Source: Candidatus Saccharimonadota bacterium (lineage in GTDB: Bacteria; Patescibacteriota; Gracilibacteria; UBA1369; 2-02-FULL-48-14). Taken from it: a stretch of DNA of 32,000 nucleotides. Positions 7,982 through 16,633 of the stretch are shown piece by piece (the first letter of the stretch is position 1; each line of letters begins with the position of its first letter). The notes beneath the pieces were generated by a model that saw nothing but the letters and a program-made list of their open reading frames with translations, was not told the origin of the DNA and made no database searches. The DNA is taken from the NCBI GenBank assembly GCA_016699145.1, contig CP064962.1, positions 870,001 through 902,000 of the forward strand, given 5' to 3'. The position numbers were made by a program, and so were the translations under genes.

Positions 7982-8893
7982 TCAGTTTTCTACTCCCTCG
8001 TAAGCTTCCTTCAACGTCGCAATATCAAACTTCTTCATTTTCAAAAAGGCTTCCGTCACACGTGCCACTTGCTCAGGGGCGCCTTTTAGCAGCATTTCAT
8101 CCATAATCGTGGGAACAATTTGCCACGAAACGCCAAATTTATCCTTCAGCCACCCACACTGCTCCGCTTCGGGAACCGCCGATAATTTTTCCCAGTACGC
8201 ATCCAGCTCTTCTTGAGTTTCACAATTCACCACAAAAGAAACGGCTTCATTGAAACCGAAATCATGCACCCGCGCACTGTCCATGGCCGCAAAAGGCTGG
8301 CCTTCCAAGGTGAAACCGAGGTGCTTCACGGTTCCCTCTTTGTCAGGCTCTTCTCCTGATTCATAGCGCAAAATATGATCCACCTCCACCCCACGAAACA
8401 CCAATGCATAAGAATGAACCGCTTCTTCGGCCTTACCACACTGTTCTCCCACAAACATCAGCGTAGGCACAATGCGCTTTTGCACCGATGCATCAGTCGT
8501 AAACATCACTTGCCATGAAAGCCCGTATTGATCCTGTAGCCATCCATAGCGCTCGCTGAAAGGGTAAGCACCCAATTCCATCAGCACCTTGCCTCCTTGC
8601 CCCAATTTTTCCCACAGCGCGTCGACGGCCTCTTTGCTTTCACAGGTCACCAAAAAAGAAATCGCCGGCGTGAATTGAAAGTACGGACCCGCACTGATCA
8701 GGCTAAAATCCATCCCCCACAATTCGATGGTGAGCAGATCCACTGAACCCGAAGGTGTGCCGCTGAGCGTCGTGGAGCTTTTGATGCGTGAATTTTGAAA
8801 GGCGTCCACATAAAACGCTGCCGCTTCTTTGGCTTCTTTGTCGAACCATAAATGAGGAGTGATTTTTTGCATGGATTCAAATGAGATGCCCAC
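7982..8893 (-). CDS. VOC-superfamily PhnB-like protein (two tandem 3-demethylubiquinone-9 3-methyltransferase-type domains)
   Basis: Two repeats of the PhnB-like pattern: ITPHLWFDKEAKEAAAFY ... YGWLQDQYGLSWQV and IVPTLMFVGEQCGKAEEA ... CGWLKDKFGVSWQI. An alternative start is the ATG at 8872. Confidence 0.8.
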   Translation of the reverse strand: MGISFESMQKITPHLWFDKEAKEAAAFYVDAFQNSRIKSSTTLSGTPSGSVDLLTIELWGMDFSLISAGPYFQFTPAISFLVTCESKEAVDALWEKLGQGGKVLMELGAYPFSERYGWLQDQYGLSWQVMFTTDASVQKRIVPTLMFVGEQCGKAEEAVHSYALVFRGVEVDHILRYESGEEPDKEGTVKHLGFTLEGQPFAAMDSARVHDFGFNEAVSFVVNCETQEELDAYWEKLSAVPEAEQCGWLKDKFGVSWQIVPTIMDEMLLKGAPEQVARVTEAFLKMKKFDIATLKEAYEGVEN

Positions 8894-8999
8894 AGTTTAC
8901 ACGCCCTCAGCTGCTTTTGAAAATTTGAAAAAGCTGCAATTTGGACATTGTCTAAATTGGAGTTTTTTAGCTTTCCCACGCCGAAAACGGGCAAAACTA

Positions 9000-9028
9000 T
9001 TGACAAAATTAAAACAATGTCATAATAT
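9000..9028 (+). promoter_or_regulatory. sigma70-type promoter (TTGACA-17 nt-TAATAT)
   Basis: Consensus -35 with a 17-nt spacer and a near-consensus -10, about 25 nt upstream of the start at 9051. Confidence 0.45.
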
Positions 9029-9050
9029 CACACCGCAATAATTTTAATGT

Positions 9051-9689
9051 ATGGCAAATCAGTTAGAAGACGATGCAAATGGCGGGTCAAGGCTAGAAGA
9101 CCTCGTAGGTTCTATTGATCAAAAGGAGCAGAAGCCGGGCAGTTTAGTGGTTAGAAATACAGAAGATTCAGAGCTAGACCGGGGAGATTTAGAATTAAAT
9201 CGAGAAGACTTAGAGATAGAACTTCTTCTATTACGTGAGAAACAAAGAAAGGCTTTAGTAGCCGCTCAATCAGCAGGAAAAGATACTGAAATCAAACAGG
9301 AGGCACTTCCTTTAGAGGCAGAAATGAAACCATTCTTAGCACGCATCAAAAAAATTAACCTCCAACTCTTTAATCCAGAACGTTTGCTAGCACTTTCGCC
9401 AGAAGAATTGAAAAAATCTTTAAGCCTTTTCTTGGATGTTTCTGATCTTACACAATGTAGAGAGCAATTTATGGACACTATTTTGAATCCTTTCGTGGCT
9501 CATATTGTGCCATTATTAAACAGTGAAATGGAGGATTCAAAGCGGGCAGCCTTACTTCAGACATGTGCACTGCTAGATTCAACGCACAGTACAATCATGG
9601 CCGATCGAAGGCTTCCACGGCCGGCCATCATCTTTCAACCCTTAAAAGGCATTCTTAAAAGCTTGAAAGACTCCACCTCTAAGCCGTAA
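9051..9689 (+). CDS. hypothetical acidic protein
   Basis: 212-aa ORF preceded by a consensus-like promoter. No motif recognised. Confidence 0.5.
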   Translation: MANQLEDDANGGSRLEDLVGSIDQKEQKPGSLVVRNTEDSELDRGDLELNREDLEIELLLLREKQRKALVAAQSAGKDTEIKQEALPLEAEMKPFLARIKKINLQLFNPERLLALSPEELKKSLSLFLDVSDLTQCREQFMDTILNPFVAHIVPLLNSEMEDSKRAALLQTCALLDSTHSTIMADRRLPRPAIIFQPLKGILKSLKDSTSKP

Positions 9690-9820
9690 TAAACTCCAAG
9701 ACTTTTTCCGCTCCCGAAGCAGGCAAAAAACTATAATCGAAATTGAAGAGGCTAAAGTGCCTCCGGGAGAAGTTTCAAAACACCCTTGAAAACAAAGGCT
9801 CACTGATTTAGCGTGACGGC

Positions 9821-10135
9821 ATGAAAGCTTTTTTGATGCTGTGTGCGGTATTCCTCTTGGTGGCGTGCCAACCCGTGAGTTTTAATGTGCGCTGCTACGA
9901 GATCGTTGGAGACCCAGATGGAACCCGCTTGATTATTGATGAGAGCCCTTCAGCACCCATGCTCACCATTACCGATCCTGTGGGTGGGCAGCCGGTTGAA
10001 GTCCCAGGCCGTTTAGAGGAAGGGATCTTCGTTTATCCCGACGGGTCTCATTTGAACTACAATGAAGAAAGGGCTTGGTACGACGAAGACGCCCCCTTTA
10101 GTAGGGGGGATCGAGGCGCTGGCTGTGGCTTGTGA
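9821..10135 (+). CDS. small predicted lipoprotein
   Basis: Signal peptide with canonical lipobox MKAFLMLCAVFLLVAC. Confidence 0.55.
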   Translation: MKAFLMLCAVFLLVACQPVSFNVRCYEIVGDPDGTRLIIDESPSAPMLTITDPVGGQPVEVPGRLEEGIFVYPDGSHLNYNEERAWYDEDAPFSRGDRGAGCGL

Positions 10136-10177
10136 ATAAAGCCACGTTTGCTTGATCCACAGGAGGGATGCTCGGGT

Positions 10178-10306
10178 GGATTGGCTTTTGAGCGTACATC
10201 CGTTATTTTGTAAGTGTATGCCCAAGAAATTCAGGCGACCGTCGAGCTTGACAAAATTAGCAAAAAGACAGATAATACTATCTTAAACAATAAAACACAG
10301 GACAGT
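10178..10306 (+). promoter_or_regulatory. conserved block + sigma70-type promoter (TTGACA 10248-10253, GATAAT 10271-10276) + leader; paralogous to 17401-17526
   Basis: Identity blocks shared with the second copy: GATTGGCTTTTGA, GTTATTTTG, TTGACA, TCTTAAAC, AGGACAGTATG. Confidence 0.55.
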
Positions 10307-11023
10307 ATGGATACCCCAAAACCTCTTGAATCTGGTCCGGACGGAAGATTGGTTATGCGTATAACTGAGCGTACAGGATTTGAGGCCATGCTAGAGAGAG
10401 TGCAAGACGATGCTTGGGCTCGAATGAGCTCTACGATTCCGAAGGCAGAAGAACCTGCTGCTAAAGCCGGAGAATCAGAAAATTCTACTAAAGAGCGCGT
10501 CATTTTTATGGGAAAACTTAAAGAACGATATGAAACAAATAAACACGGTATTGCTTGCCACAGTGATGTAACATGGGGAAAAATTGAAGCCAAATTGAGT
10601 GCCAATCCAGCAAAGCTAGATGCCTTGAAAAAAATGGATGATTCAGGGGGTGAACCAGATGTGACTGAGGTCCAAGGAGAGAATTTCCTTTTTGATGAGC
10701 TAGCGGAAAAGCTGCCAGCCTCTCGTAAACAGGCAACCTATGGTGACGCCTTTTTGGCAGCAGAAAAAATGCGTGGTGATGCCAAATTGATGCACCCTGA
10801 CCGGTACAAGAAACTCGGAAATGAGATGAAAATTGTGATGGACAACACTGAAGGAGATTGGGTGTGGCTGGATACTTCAGACAGAGAAGGGTTACTAAGC
10901 CAAAATCAAGCGATCTGTGGCTGTCAACGTAAGGGGACTGTTCTCATGGGATTATGTAAAGATAACGATCAATTTCGCACCCTCGATGATTACCAAGCAT
11001 TCCGTTGCTCGATAACGATCTAA
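10307..11023 (+). CDS. DUF4256-like protein
   Basis: From memory of the family: central GGEPDV motif, a W..L.T segment and a C-terminal ..FRCSITI ending that resembles the DUF4256 ..GFRGSLRV terminus. The start is set at the ATG at 10307 because the track ORF start (10214) would run through the predicted promoter. Confidence 0.55.
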   Translation: MDTPKPLESGPDGRLVMRITERTGFEAMLERVQDDAWARMSSTIPKAEEPAAKAGESENSTKERVIFMGKLKERYETNKHGIACHSDVTWGKIEAKLSANPAKLDALKKMDDSGGEPDVTEVQGENFLFDELAEKLPASRKQATYGDAFLAAEKMRGDAKLMHPDRYKKLGNEMKIVMDNTEGDWVWLDTSDREGLLSQNQAICGCQRKGTVLMGLCKDNDQFRTLDDYQAFRCSITI

Positions 11024-11052
11024 ATTGAACTTTAAACCTTTTTTCCCTCAAA

Positions 11053-12408
11053 ATGCCTTTACCTAAATTACCGCAAATACCTGAAGTAGGGATGATCTTA
11101 TATCGTGGTTGGGATAGAGAAGAAATTACATCTGTCACCCCAGTGAAGGATGGGTGCTGCAGGGTGACTTTTAAAAGTGCAGATGGACTACGGGAGGTAG
11201 AATATTCAGTCAAAGGTACAAGAGAGGGGATTATGGCCCTGTTTACCCCTGAGTGGTCGAATGAAGCAAAAGACCTTCCTATTCATGATGATATTGCACG
11301 AGAGTTGGCAAGAGAACTGGGAGTTGAAGATGTCACAGAAAGAATAATTGGTATTGTTCGCGGGGACCTTTCAAAACTATACAAAAATATTTCGATCGGT
11401 GCTCAAGAGGGTGATTGGCATCTTCTGTTGGAAAAGTTGAAAGAGGTTAAGCAACAATTCGGAATTGAAAGAATTGAGCGTTGGGGGCAGGTCTCTAGTC
11501 AAATTGATCGTTTTAGAAAAGAAACGAAATGTGTTGAACTTGGTTTACCAGTAGATGCTAGCGATGCTGACTTGAGACGAAGAGAAAACATTCTGTCAAT
11601 GGCTGAAGGGCTTGTAAGGTGCGGTTTTGCTAATGGTCAACAGGATTTGTCTCTTCCCCAAGCACATGCTGGATTTCAAGAATTAGCTGCCTTTCTAGAT
11701 GCTCAAGAGCCACTTTTTGAGTCTATTCAAGAGTATTCTGCCTTATTAGATGAGTATGCTTGGAGATGTAATATGCTTTCTTACGGTATCGCTGATCATG
11801 ATGGAAAGATAATATCTCTTGGTACATCTTTTGACAGAAAGGAAGTATCTCAAAGGTTACATAATCTTAAAGCTAAACTCGGACTGTCAGAGGGTATCCC
11901 TTTTGAAGAAATCGAAAAAATCATCTTCAAAGATGCTTTTGAAGTTGAGAAATCTAAAAGACCAGAGACATTTGAAGGGATTGATCCCAAAATGTCAATG
12001 AAAAAGCAGTTGCAAATTCTTGACGATCGAAAACGTAAAGCTGTTGGAATATCAAGACTTCCTGACGTTGAAAATCCAAGTTGGCATCAGATAGCAGGTA
12101 CATACAGTGAAGGATACTCTGGAGTAAAAGGCAATCCGCTGAATAAAAATGGAGGATGGTCTAATGAGGTGCGGCATTTTTTTACCTCGTATCATGAAGA
12201 AGTGCCTGCTGTTCCACAAGTCGGCATGTTGGTAAAGAAGCTCTGTGGAGTTATCATAGATATCAACTGGTGTGTTTCTGGTGGATTCTTTTATTTAACT
12301 TGGCTATTGCCCGATGGGACTTGTAAACGTGCCCTCTTCACACCGACAGATGGTCATGACAAGAATTGGTCTACGGTGGCTCCAATCAGCTCCACAAGCC
12401 AAAGTTAA
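11053..12408 (+). CDS. hypothetical protein with related N- and C-terminal modules
   Basis: 451-aa ORF. Both ends share VGM(I/L) ... DGxC(R/K) ... ALFTP. Confidence 0.55.
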   Translation: MPLPKLPQIPEVGMILYRGWDREEITSVTPVKDGCCRVTFKSADGLREVEYSVKGTREGIMALFTPEWSNEAKDLPIHDDIARELARELGVEDVTERIIGIVRGDLSKLYKNISIGAQEGDWHLLLEKLKEVKQQFGIERIERWGQVSSQIDRFRKETKCVELGLPVDASDADLRRRENILSMAEGLVRCGFANGQQDLSLPQAHAGFQELAAFLDAQEPLFESIQEYSALLDEYAWRCNMLSYGIADHDGKIISLGTSFDRKEVSQRLHNLKAKLGLSEGIPFEEIEKIIFKDAFEVEKSKRPETFEGIDPKMSMKKQLQILDDRKRKAVGISRLPDVENPSWHQIAGTYSEGYSGVKGNPLNKNGGWSNEVRHFFTSYHEEVPAVPQVGMLVKKLCGVIIDINWCVSGGFFYLTWLLPDGTCKRALFTPTDGHDKNWSTVAPISSTSQS

Positions 12409-12490
12409 GTCCTCACAGGCCTCAAAATGACTACGCTGCCTCGCTACAATCCACTATAGCGTTGAGGAATGAACAATCTTCTTTAAAAAT

Positions 12491-12811
12491 TTGATCATAG
12501 AATCAAGCAAATTGAACCCCACATCGTTACTCTCTTAGGAGAAATAGATGGCATTCGAGGCGAGTTCAAATCCGGTTTACGAATGAGTCCTCATGCGATT
12601 ACCAGCTTGCGCCGATCAGTGCTAGTGACTTCAGCTGGAGCATCCACTCGTATTGAAGGGGGCAAGCTTCAAGACAGATCACGATACCATCGCTCCCTGG
12701 CTTAATTTCTTTCTTTCCATTGTTCAAGAACAGGCAACGAATGTTGTACTGCCTACGGTCCGTCAGTCTCTTGAGCGCTTAGTTAAACTAGTCTCGATCA
12801 CTTATTCTTGA
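12491..12811 (+). pseudogene. Fic/DOC-family gene remnant (N-terminal and C-terminal pieces, catalytic core deleted)
   Basis: Frame a reads IEPHIVTLLGEIDGIRGEFKSGLRMSPHAITSLRRSVLVTSAGASTRIEGGKL then a stop. Frame b reads APWLNFFLSIVQEQA ... LERLVKLV. Both are typical Fic flanking regions, and no HPFxxGNGR core lies between them. Confidence 0.5.
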
Positions 12812-13065
12812 TATGCTGGAAACATCCTTTCCACGCGTTATGGAGAAGAAGCAAACTTTTTGGGTGAAATTCAAACCAGAATATTTCATTTGGCTTGGGT
12901 TGCTTTGGGGGCTGATCTCCTTGGGGTTTACGCTTTTGTTTATTTTTGAAATCTTCACATTGTATGACTATCTACCAGACTTTCTTACTCCAATAATCGG
13001 ATTGAGCTTTTTTGTCTTTTTCCTTTCCAACGATGGTTTCAATGGTTTAGCGATGACTGAAGCAT

Positions 13066-13912
13066 CTAGGAGCTGTTAACATAAGACTTTGAGTAAAAGT
13101 GCCACAAGGCAGAGGGAGATAAAGGAGGCATACATCAGGTCTAATTTGTCATAGCGAGTTGAAATTCTTCTGTAATTTTTCATTCGGTGAAATAGGCGTT
13201 CAATCTCGTTGCGGTAGGCATAAATGTTCTTGTTGTATTCCCACGGAAATTTCATTTTTGCCTTTGGAGGAACGACTGGAGTTATGCCTTTTCTTTGCAC
13301 AGCTCCAGAACTTTGTAGCATGAATAACCTTTGTCCATAGCCAAATGATCTACTGTTTTTGGAAACGAATAATCTCTCAAAATTTGTTTTCCAACTTTCA
13401 CATCGCTCACTTCACCACCTGTTAAAACAAAGTGCATCCCATGATCTGGATCTCCAGCAATCATGTGAATTTTTGTAGTGTACCCACCTCTACTTCGGCC
13501 TAACGCTTGTGGCCCTTTTTTTCATGGCTCCCGCTGCACTGTGGTGCGCTCTATTTGTTGTACTGTCCAGGAAAGCTATTCGCACTTGAAGTACATCTGC
13601 TACTTCAAGTGCTCTAAGCATTTGTCCAAAAGTCCAGATTCGCTCCACCGTTTGTATCTTGTATAAATCGTGTGCCAGTCATTCTCTTTTCTCTGTAATC
13701 GTAGGGCATTTGTCTCCATGCGCACCCTGTTTTAAGTACATAACAAATGGCATCCATGCAACGTTTCAGTGGAATCTTTTCAGGCTTTCTGGGCTTTGGA
13801 AAATAAGGCTGGATCAGTTTGAACTGTTCATCCGTTAGCATCTGGTACATGGCGTTAGGGTTAGAGTAACTTCACTCTACACCACTCCTCTATTTATGTT
13901 AACAGCTCCTAG
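13066..13912 (-). mobile_element. IS5-family insertion sequence (IS427/IS1031-like size), decayed
   Basis: Perfect 19-bp terminal inverted repeats CTAGGAGCTGTTAACATAA (13066-13084) and TTATGTTAACAGCTCCTAG (13894-13912). The outer CTAG may be a palindromic 4-bp target duplication. Confidence 0.8.
13076..13850 (-). pseudogene. IS5-family DDE transposase, broken into at least 3 frames
   Basis: N-terminal MLTDEQFKLIQPYFPKPRKP ... LKTGCAWRQMP. Other frames give IAFLDSTTNRAHHSAAGA, MIAGDPDHGMHFVLTGGEVSD and NEIERLFHRMKNYRRISTRYDK. These pieces lie in different frames and are separated by stops. Confidence 0.8.
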
Positions 13913-14118
13913 TGTGGTCAAGATAGTTTTTATTTATGTTTTAGTGCCAACTGGGTTTGGGTTATTTCTCTCAAAAAGAAAGACAAAATGGGCAGTTATT
14001 ACAAGTATTTTTATTTATTTGCTCCTAGACAGAGGTTTGAGCTTTCTTTTCTTTCTAGCATCTAGTGCCTTCTAAATACGAAAGAATTATCTTCGAGCTC
14101 AGTAAAAAACTCTTAAAT

Positions 14119-14682
14119 ATGAAAAATTCAATAGTGCATTTTATACCATTTGCGCTGACGTCGGCTTTCTTGCTTTGTGGGTGCAACTCAATACTCTACA
14201 CAGAAGTGAAAGATTACCACAAAGCACATGTAGTCGATAGAACGGAAGAAGAATGGCAAGAATATTGGGAAGCGGGCCGATGGGAAGACGAGGAGGTACT
14301 GGTGAATGGTGTGATCGTGAGCTCGTACATCCATAGTCGTGCAGACTATAAAGTAGATATATGGAAGATCGAGCAGAGTTTTATCACTAAAGAAGATGGG
14401 ATTATTGTAAAAGTGAATGACATATTTGTAAGAACAGAATCGGGCACGGATCTAGAAGTAGCGTACCAACCCTCCGAGATCCTAATGAAGTGGGATGAAA
14501 ATTTGGGATATTACAACTGGTTCGAAAATGAATTTGCACAATTCGAACTGGATTTTGAAAATGACGAAGCCTTGACCCTTGGAATAAATGTGACTGTCAC
14601 CAATCAAGGTAAAACAATCACTGAAACACGTGAATATACTTTCTATCCCAAATGGAGAGAGCATTTTAACCTCTCAAACTAA
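14119..14682 (+). CDS. predicted lipoprotein
   Basis: MKNSIVHFIPFALTSAFLLCGC signal/lipobox. The start is set at the ATG at 14119 rather than the track start at 14065. Confidence 0.55.
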   Translation: MKNSIVHFIPFALTSAFLLCGCNSILYTEVKDYHKAHVVDRTEEEWQEYWEAGRWEDEEVLVNGVIVSSYIHSRADYKVDIWKIEQSFITKEDGIIVKVNDIFVRTESGTDLEVAYQPSEILMKWDENLGYYNWFENEFAQFELDFENDEALTLGINVTVTNQGKTITETREYTFYPKWREHFNLSN

Positions 14683-14695
14683 CCGCGCTATGTAG

Positions 14696-14749
14696 TGGCG
14701 GAGAGTCAATCATACACAGTTTAGGGTGTTTGCTAAGCAGTGTTTATAA
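14696..14749 (+). repeat. att-like core TGGCGGAGAG + shortened recombinase-tail remnant (copy A)
   Basis: The 10-mer is identical to the tRNA-Ser 3' end. The following sequence matches copies B-D apart from a 33-nt in-frame deletion. Confidence 0.7.
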
Positions 14750-14763
14750 AGTATTTTAACCCC

Positions 14764-15210
14764 ATGCAACTGTTCAAAAAATTATTTACATCGATATTCA
14801 TTTTATTATTTACAGGATGTTCCTCCGAAGTAGAGCTCCCTTCCTATGTAACGACTTATGAGTTGTCCATGGAAACAGCCCAGGAGCTCTCAGAAGGTTT
14901 TTTACTGGCTTTGGACGAGGATCCAGAAAGCACCAAGAAGTTTGTATACGACACATTAGAGAATGGTGAGGACGTACTACAACTCATTGTCGAACACAGA
15001 AGGTTCCAAACTCCACACAGTATAACGGTCACTCAGCTTGAGCATGGGGAAGGAACCCTTCCTACAGGGGAGATTTTCTTCAGAACGAATGCTATCGGTA
15101 CTTTCACCTGCGAAGGGAGTGATCATGCTTCAGATTTTGACCTCATGTGGATGTACAACGAAAAAGACAATCGTTGGGAACTTCTCAGTTTCAATCTTGA
15201 GGCGTGTTAA
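14764..15210 (+). CDS. predicted lipoprotein
   Basis: MQLFKKLFTSIFILLFTGC signal/lipobox. It is the only gene between core copies A and B. Confidence 0.6.
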   Translation: MQLFKKLFTSIFILLFTGCSSEVELPSYVTTYELSMETAQELSEGFLLALDEDPESTKKFVYDTLENGEDVLQLIVEHRRFQTPHSITVTQLEHGEGTLPTGEIFFRTNAIGTFTCEGSDHASDFDLMWMYNEKDNRWELLSFNLEAC

Positions 15211-15223
15211 TTCAAACCTAATC

Positions 15224-15359
15224 TGGCGGAGAGTTGTAGACGACGTTAGAACCGCCATCGAGGCTAATCATACCCAGTTCAATGTCTTTACGAAAACGGT
15301 ATTGGCGAATGGCTTTGGTGGGACTAAATGAGGTGACTTTTAGCGATTTGTCTTTTCAC
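15224..15359 (+). repeat. att-like core + recombinase C-terminal tail (copy B) + conserved block
   Basis: The core is followed by WRRVVDDVRTAIEANHTQFNVFTKTVLANGF-coding sequence. The downstream ACTTTTAGCGATTTGTCTTTTCAC is related to 17401-17425. Confidence 0.75.
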
Positions 15360-15427
15360 TTTACAAGGCCTTTATTGTAGCAGATTTTTCTGCAATAATC
15401 GGGGCACAGTTATTTTCTATTCCATTT

Positions 15428-15820
15428 ATGAAACACTTTTCCTTGTCACTCCTACTGTTAAGCCTTTTACTTAGCGCCTGTGGCGGACCTCAAGTAGCCG
15501 ACTACGCCAATGGCTCCCTGACGTATGATTCCTCTATATGGAACTATAACGCAGAAAGAATGCTTTTGGTCGCGAAAAAGGATGAAACCTGTTGGGTGAA
15601 TTTAACAGGAGGAAACCCTTCTGATATTCTTCCTGGCAGCCTTACAGATAAAGATGCAGTCGTAAATGAGGGAGTGACACTTTACAAAACAAGCACGGGC
15701 GATGTTCCCTTTGCCTCTTTTGAGAAAGATGGAAACACTTTCTACGCTCTCACTGGAGGGATGGATCTTAGCCAAGACCTCTGCATAGGTTACGTTAGCG
15801 CATTGGCTAACGCGAACTAA
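15428..15820 (+). CDS. predicted lipoprotein
   Basis: MKHFSLSLLLLSLLLSAC with a canonical lipobox. It is the only gene between core copies B and C. Confidence 0.65.
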   Translation: MKHFSLSLLLLSLLLSACGGPQVADYANGSLTYDSSIWNYNAERMLLVAKKDETCWVNLTGGNPSDILPGSLTDKDAVVNEGVTLYKTSTGDVPFASFEKDGNTFYALTGGMDLSQDLCIGYVSALANAN

Positions 15821-15921
15821 TGAGTCCGAGAAAAGTCGAACGCCCTTCCTACTTTAGGTAGTGGATTTATACGCTCGTAGCGCATGCTTTGTCATATGTT
15901 TTGTGTTCTCAATAAGTTCTA

Positions 15922-16074
15922 CAAAGCGGTGAAAGTGCTGCTTTGGACTCCATTCGTCTACGGTGGCGGAGAGTTGTAGATGACGTTAGAACCGCGATCG
16001 AGGCTAATCATACACAGTTCAAGGTGTTTACGGAAAGGGTTTTGATAAAAACATGCCCACTGAAAACCAAATAA
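15922..16074 (+). repeat. recombinase 3'-end remnant (42 bp) + core + tail (copy C), continuous reading frame
   Basis: 15922-15973 is identical over 52 bp to 20742-20793. It reads [17 protein letters not shown] then VVDDVRTAIEANHTQFKVFTERVLIKTCPLKTK and a stop. Confidence 0.8.
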
Positions 16075-16086
16075 ACACAGCGTCTT

Positions 16087-16608
16087 TTATACTGGGATTG
16101 GCATTTTGTTGTATCGGTAAAGATAGCTTTCGCGGAAATCGCGGATAATACCTTCAATCAATTCAATATGATATTCAGGGGCTTGGATACCATAAAGCGC
16201 AATTTCTCGTTCCAAGGTGGGACCTTTCAATTTAATAGTGCCAAAATCGAATAGGCGACCAAAGAGTCCTTGCTCCAGTTCTATCTTTTCGATATTGCGG
16301 ATAGAAACGATTTCTTTTCGAATGAATAAAATACCTCTCTTGTGGATAACGTGAAGGGTATTGATTTCGTAATATTCAAATCCCCAACTCATAACGATAT
16401 ACACACTAAAAAAGATCTGAACCACCAAAATGAAAAGGCCAGTCCAAAAGTTATTGATTTGAATGGCAACAGTCAGAAGGAAAGCCAGAAGTGCAAGAAG
16501 GCCTCCAAGCAAGAGTTTTACGAGAAGGAGCACGATAGTCTCTCGCAAAACCTCCTGCCTGGAGAAAGAGCCTCCCCCTAAACGATGTTGTCTTTCCAGA
16601 TCTTCCAT
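16087..16608 (-). CDS. bPH_2 (YdbS/YdbT-like, DUF304) membrane protein
   Basis: Two TM segments are followed by HKRGILFIRKEIVSIRNIEKIELEQGLFGRLFDFGTIKL, which fits the bacterial PH-domain pattern. Confidence 0.6.
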   Translation of the reverse strand: MEDLERQHRLGGGSFSRQEVLRETIVLLLVKLLLGGLLALLAFLLTVAIQINNFWTGLFILVVQIFFSVYIVMSWGFEYYEINTLHVIHKRGILFIRKEIVSIRNIEKIELEQGLFGRLFDFGTIKLKGPTLEREIALYGIQAPEYHIELIEGIIRDFRESYLYRYNKMPIPV

Positions 16609-16633
16609 CGCGATAAGAGTTTAAGGATATACC

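Larger units (their letters stand above)
12813..14075 (+). pseudogene. small multi-pass membrane protein gene interrupted by the IS5-family element
   Basis: ORF 12813-13079 runs into the IS. Removing 13070-13912 (843 nt, divisible by 3) joins it in frame to 13913-14075, giving a 139-aa hydrophobic protein. Confidence 0.5.

Noticed and set aside
7767-8089. ORFs 7767-7973 (-) and 7838-8089 (+)
   Set aside because: They read through tRNA-Ser(CGA) and into the PhnB-like gene, so they are artefacts of the tRNA sequence.
10214-10306. Upstream extension of the DUF4256-like ORF (track start 10214)
   Set aside because: The extension would include the predicted promoter and conserved leader. The conserved AGGACAGTATG block places the start at 10307.
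15038-15331. 97-aa ORF
   Set aside because: It is a chimera. An alternative frame of the lipoprotein gene runs into the core and tail B, and only the last ~35 codons (the recombinase tail) are meaningful.
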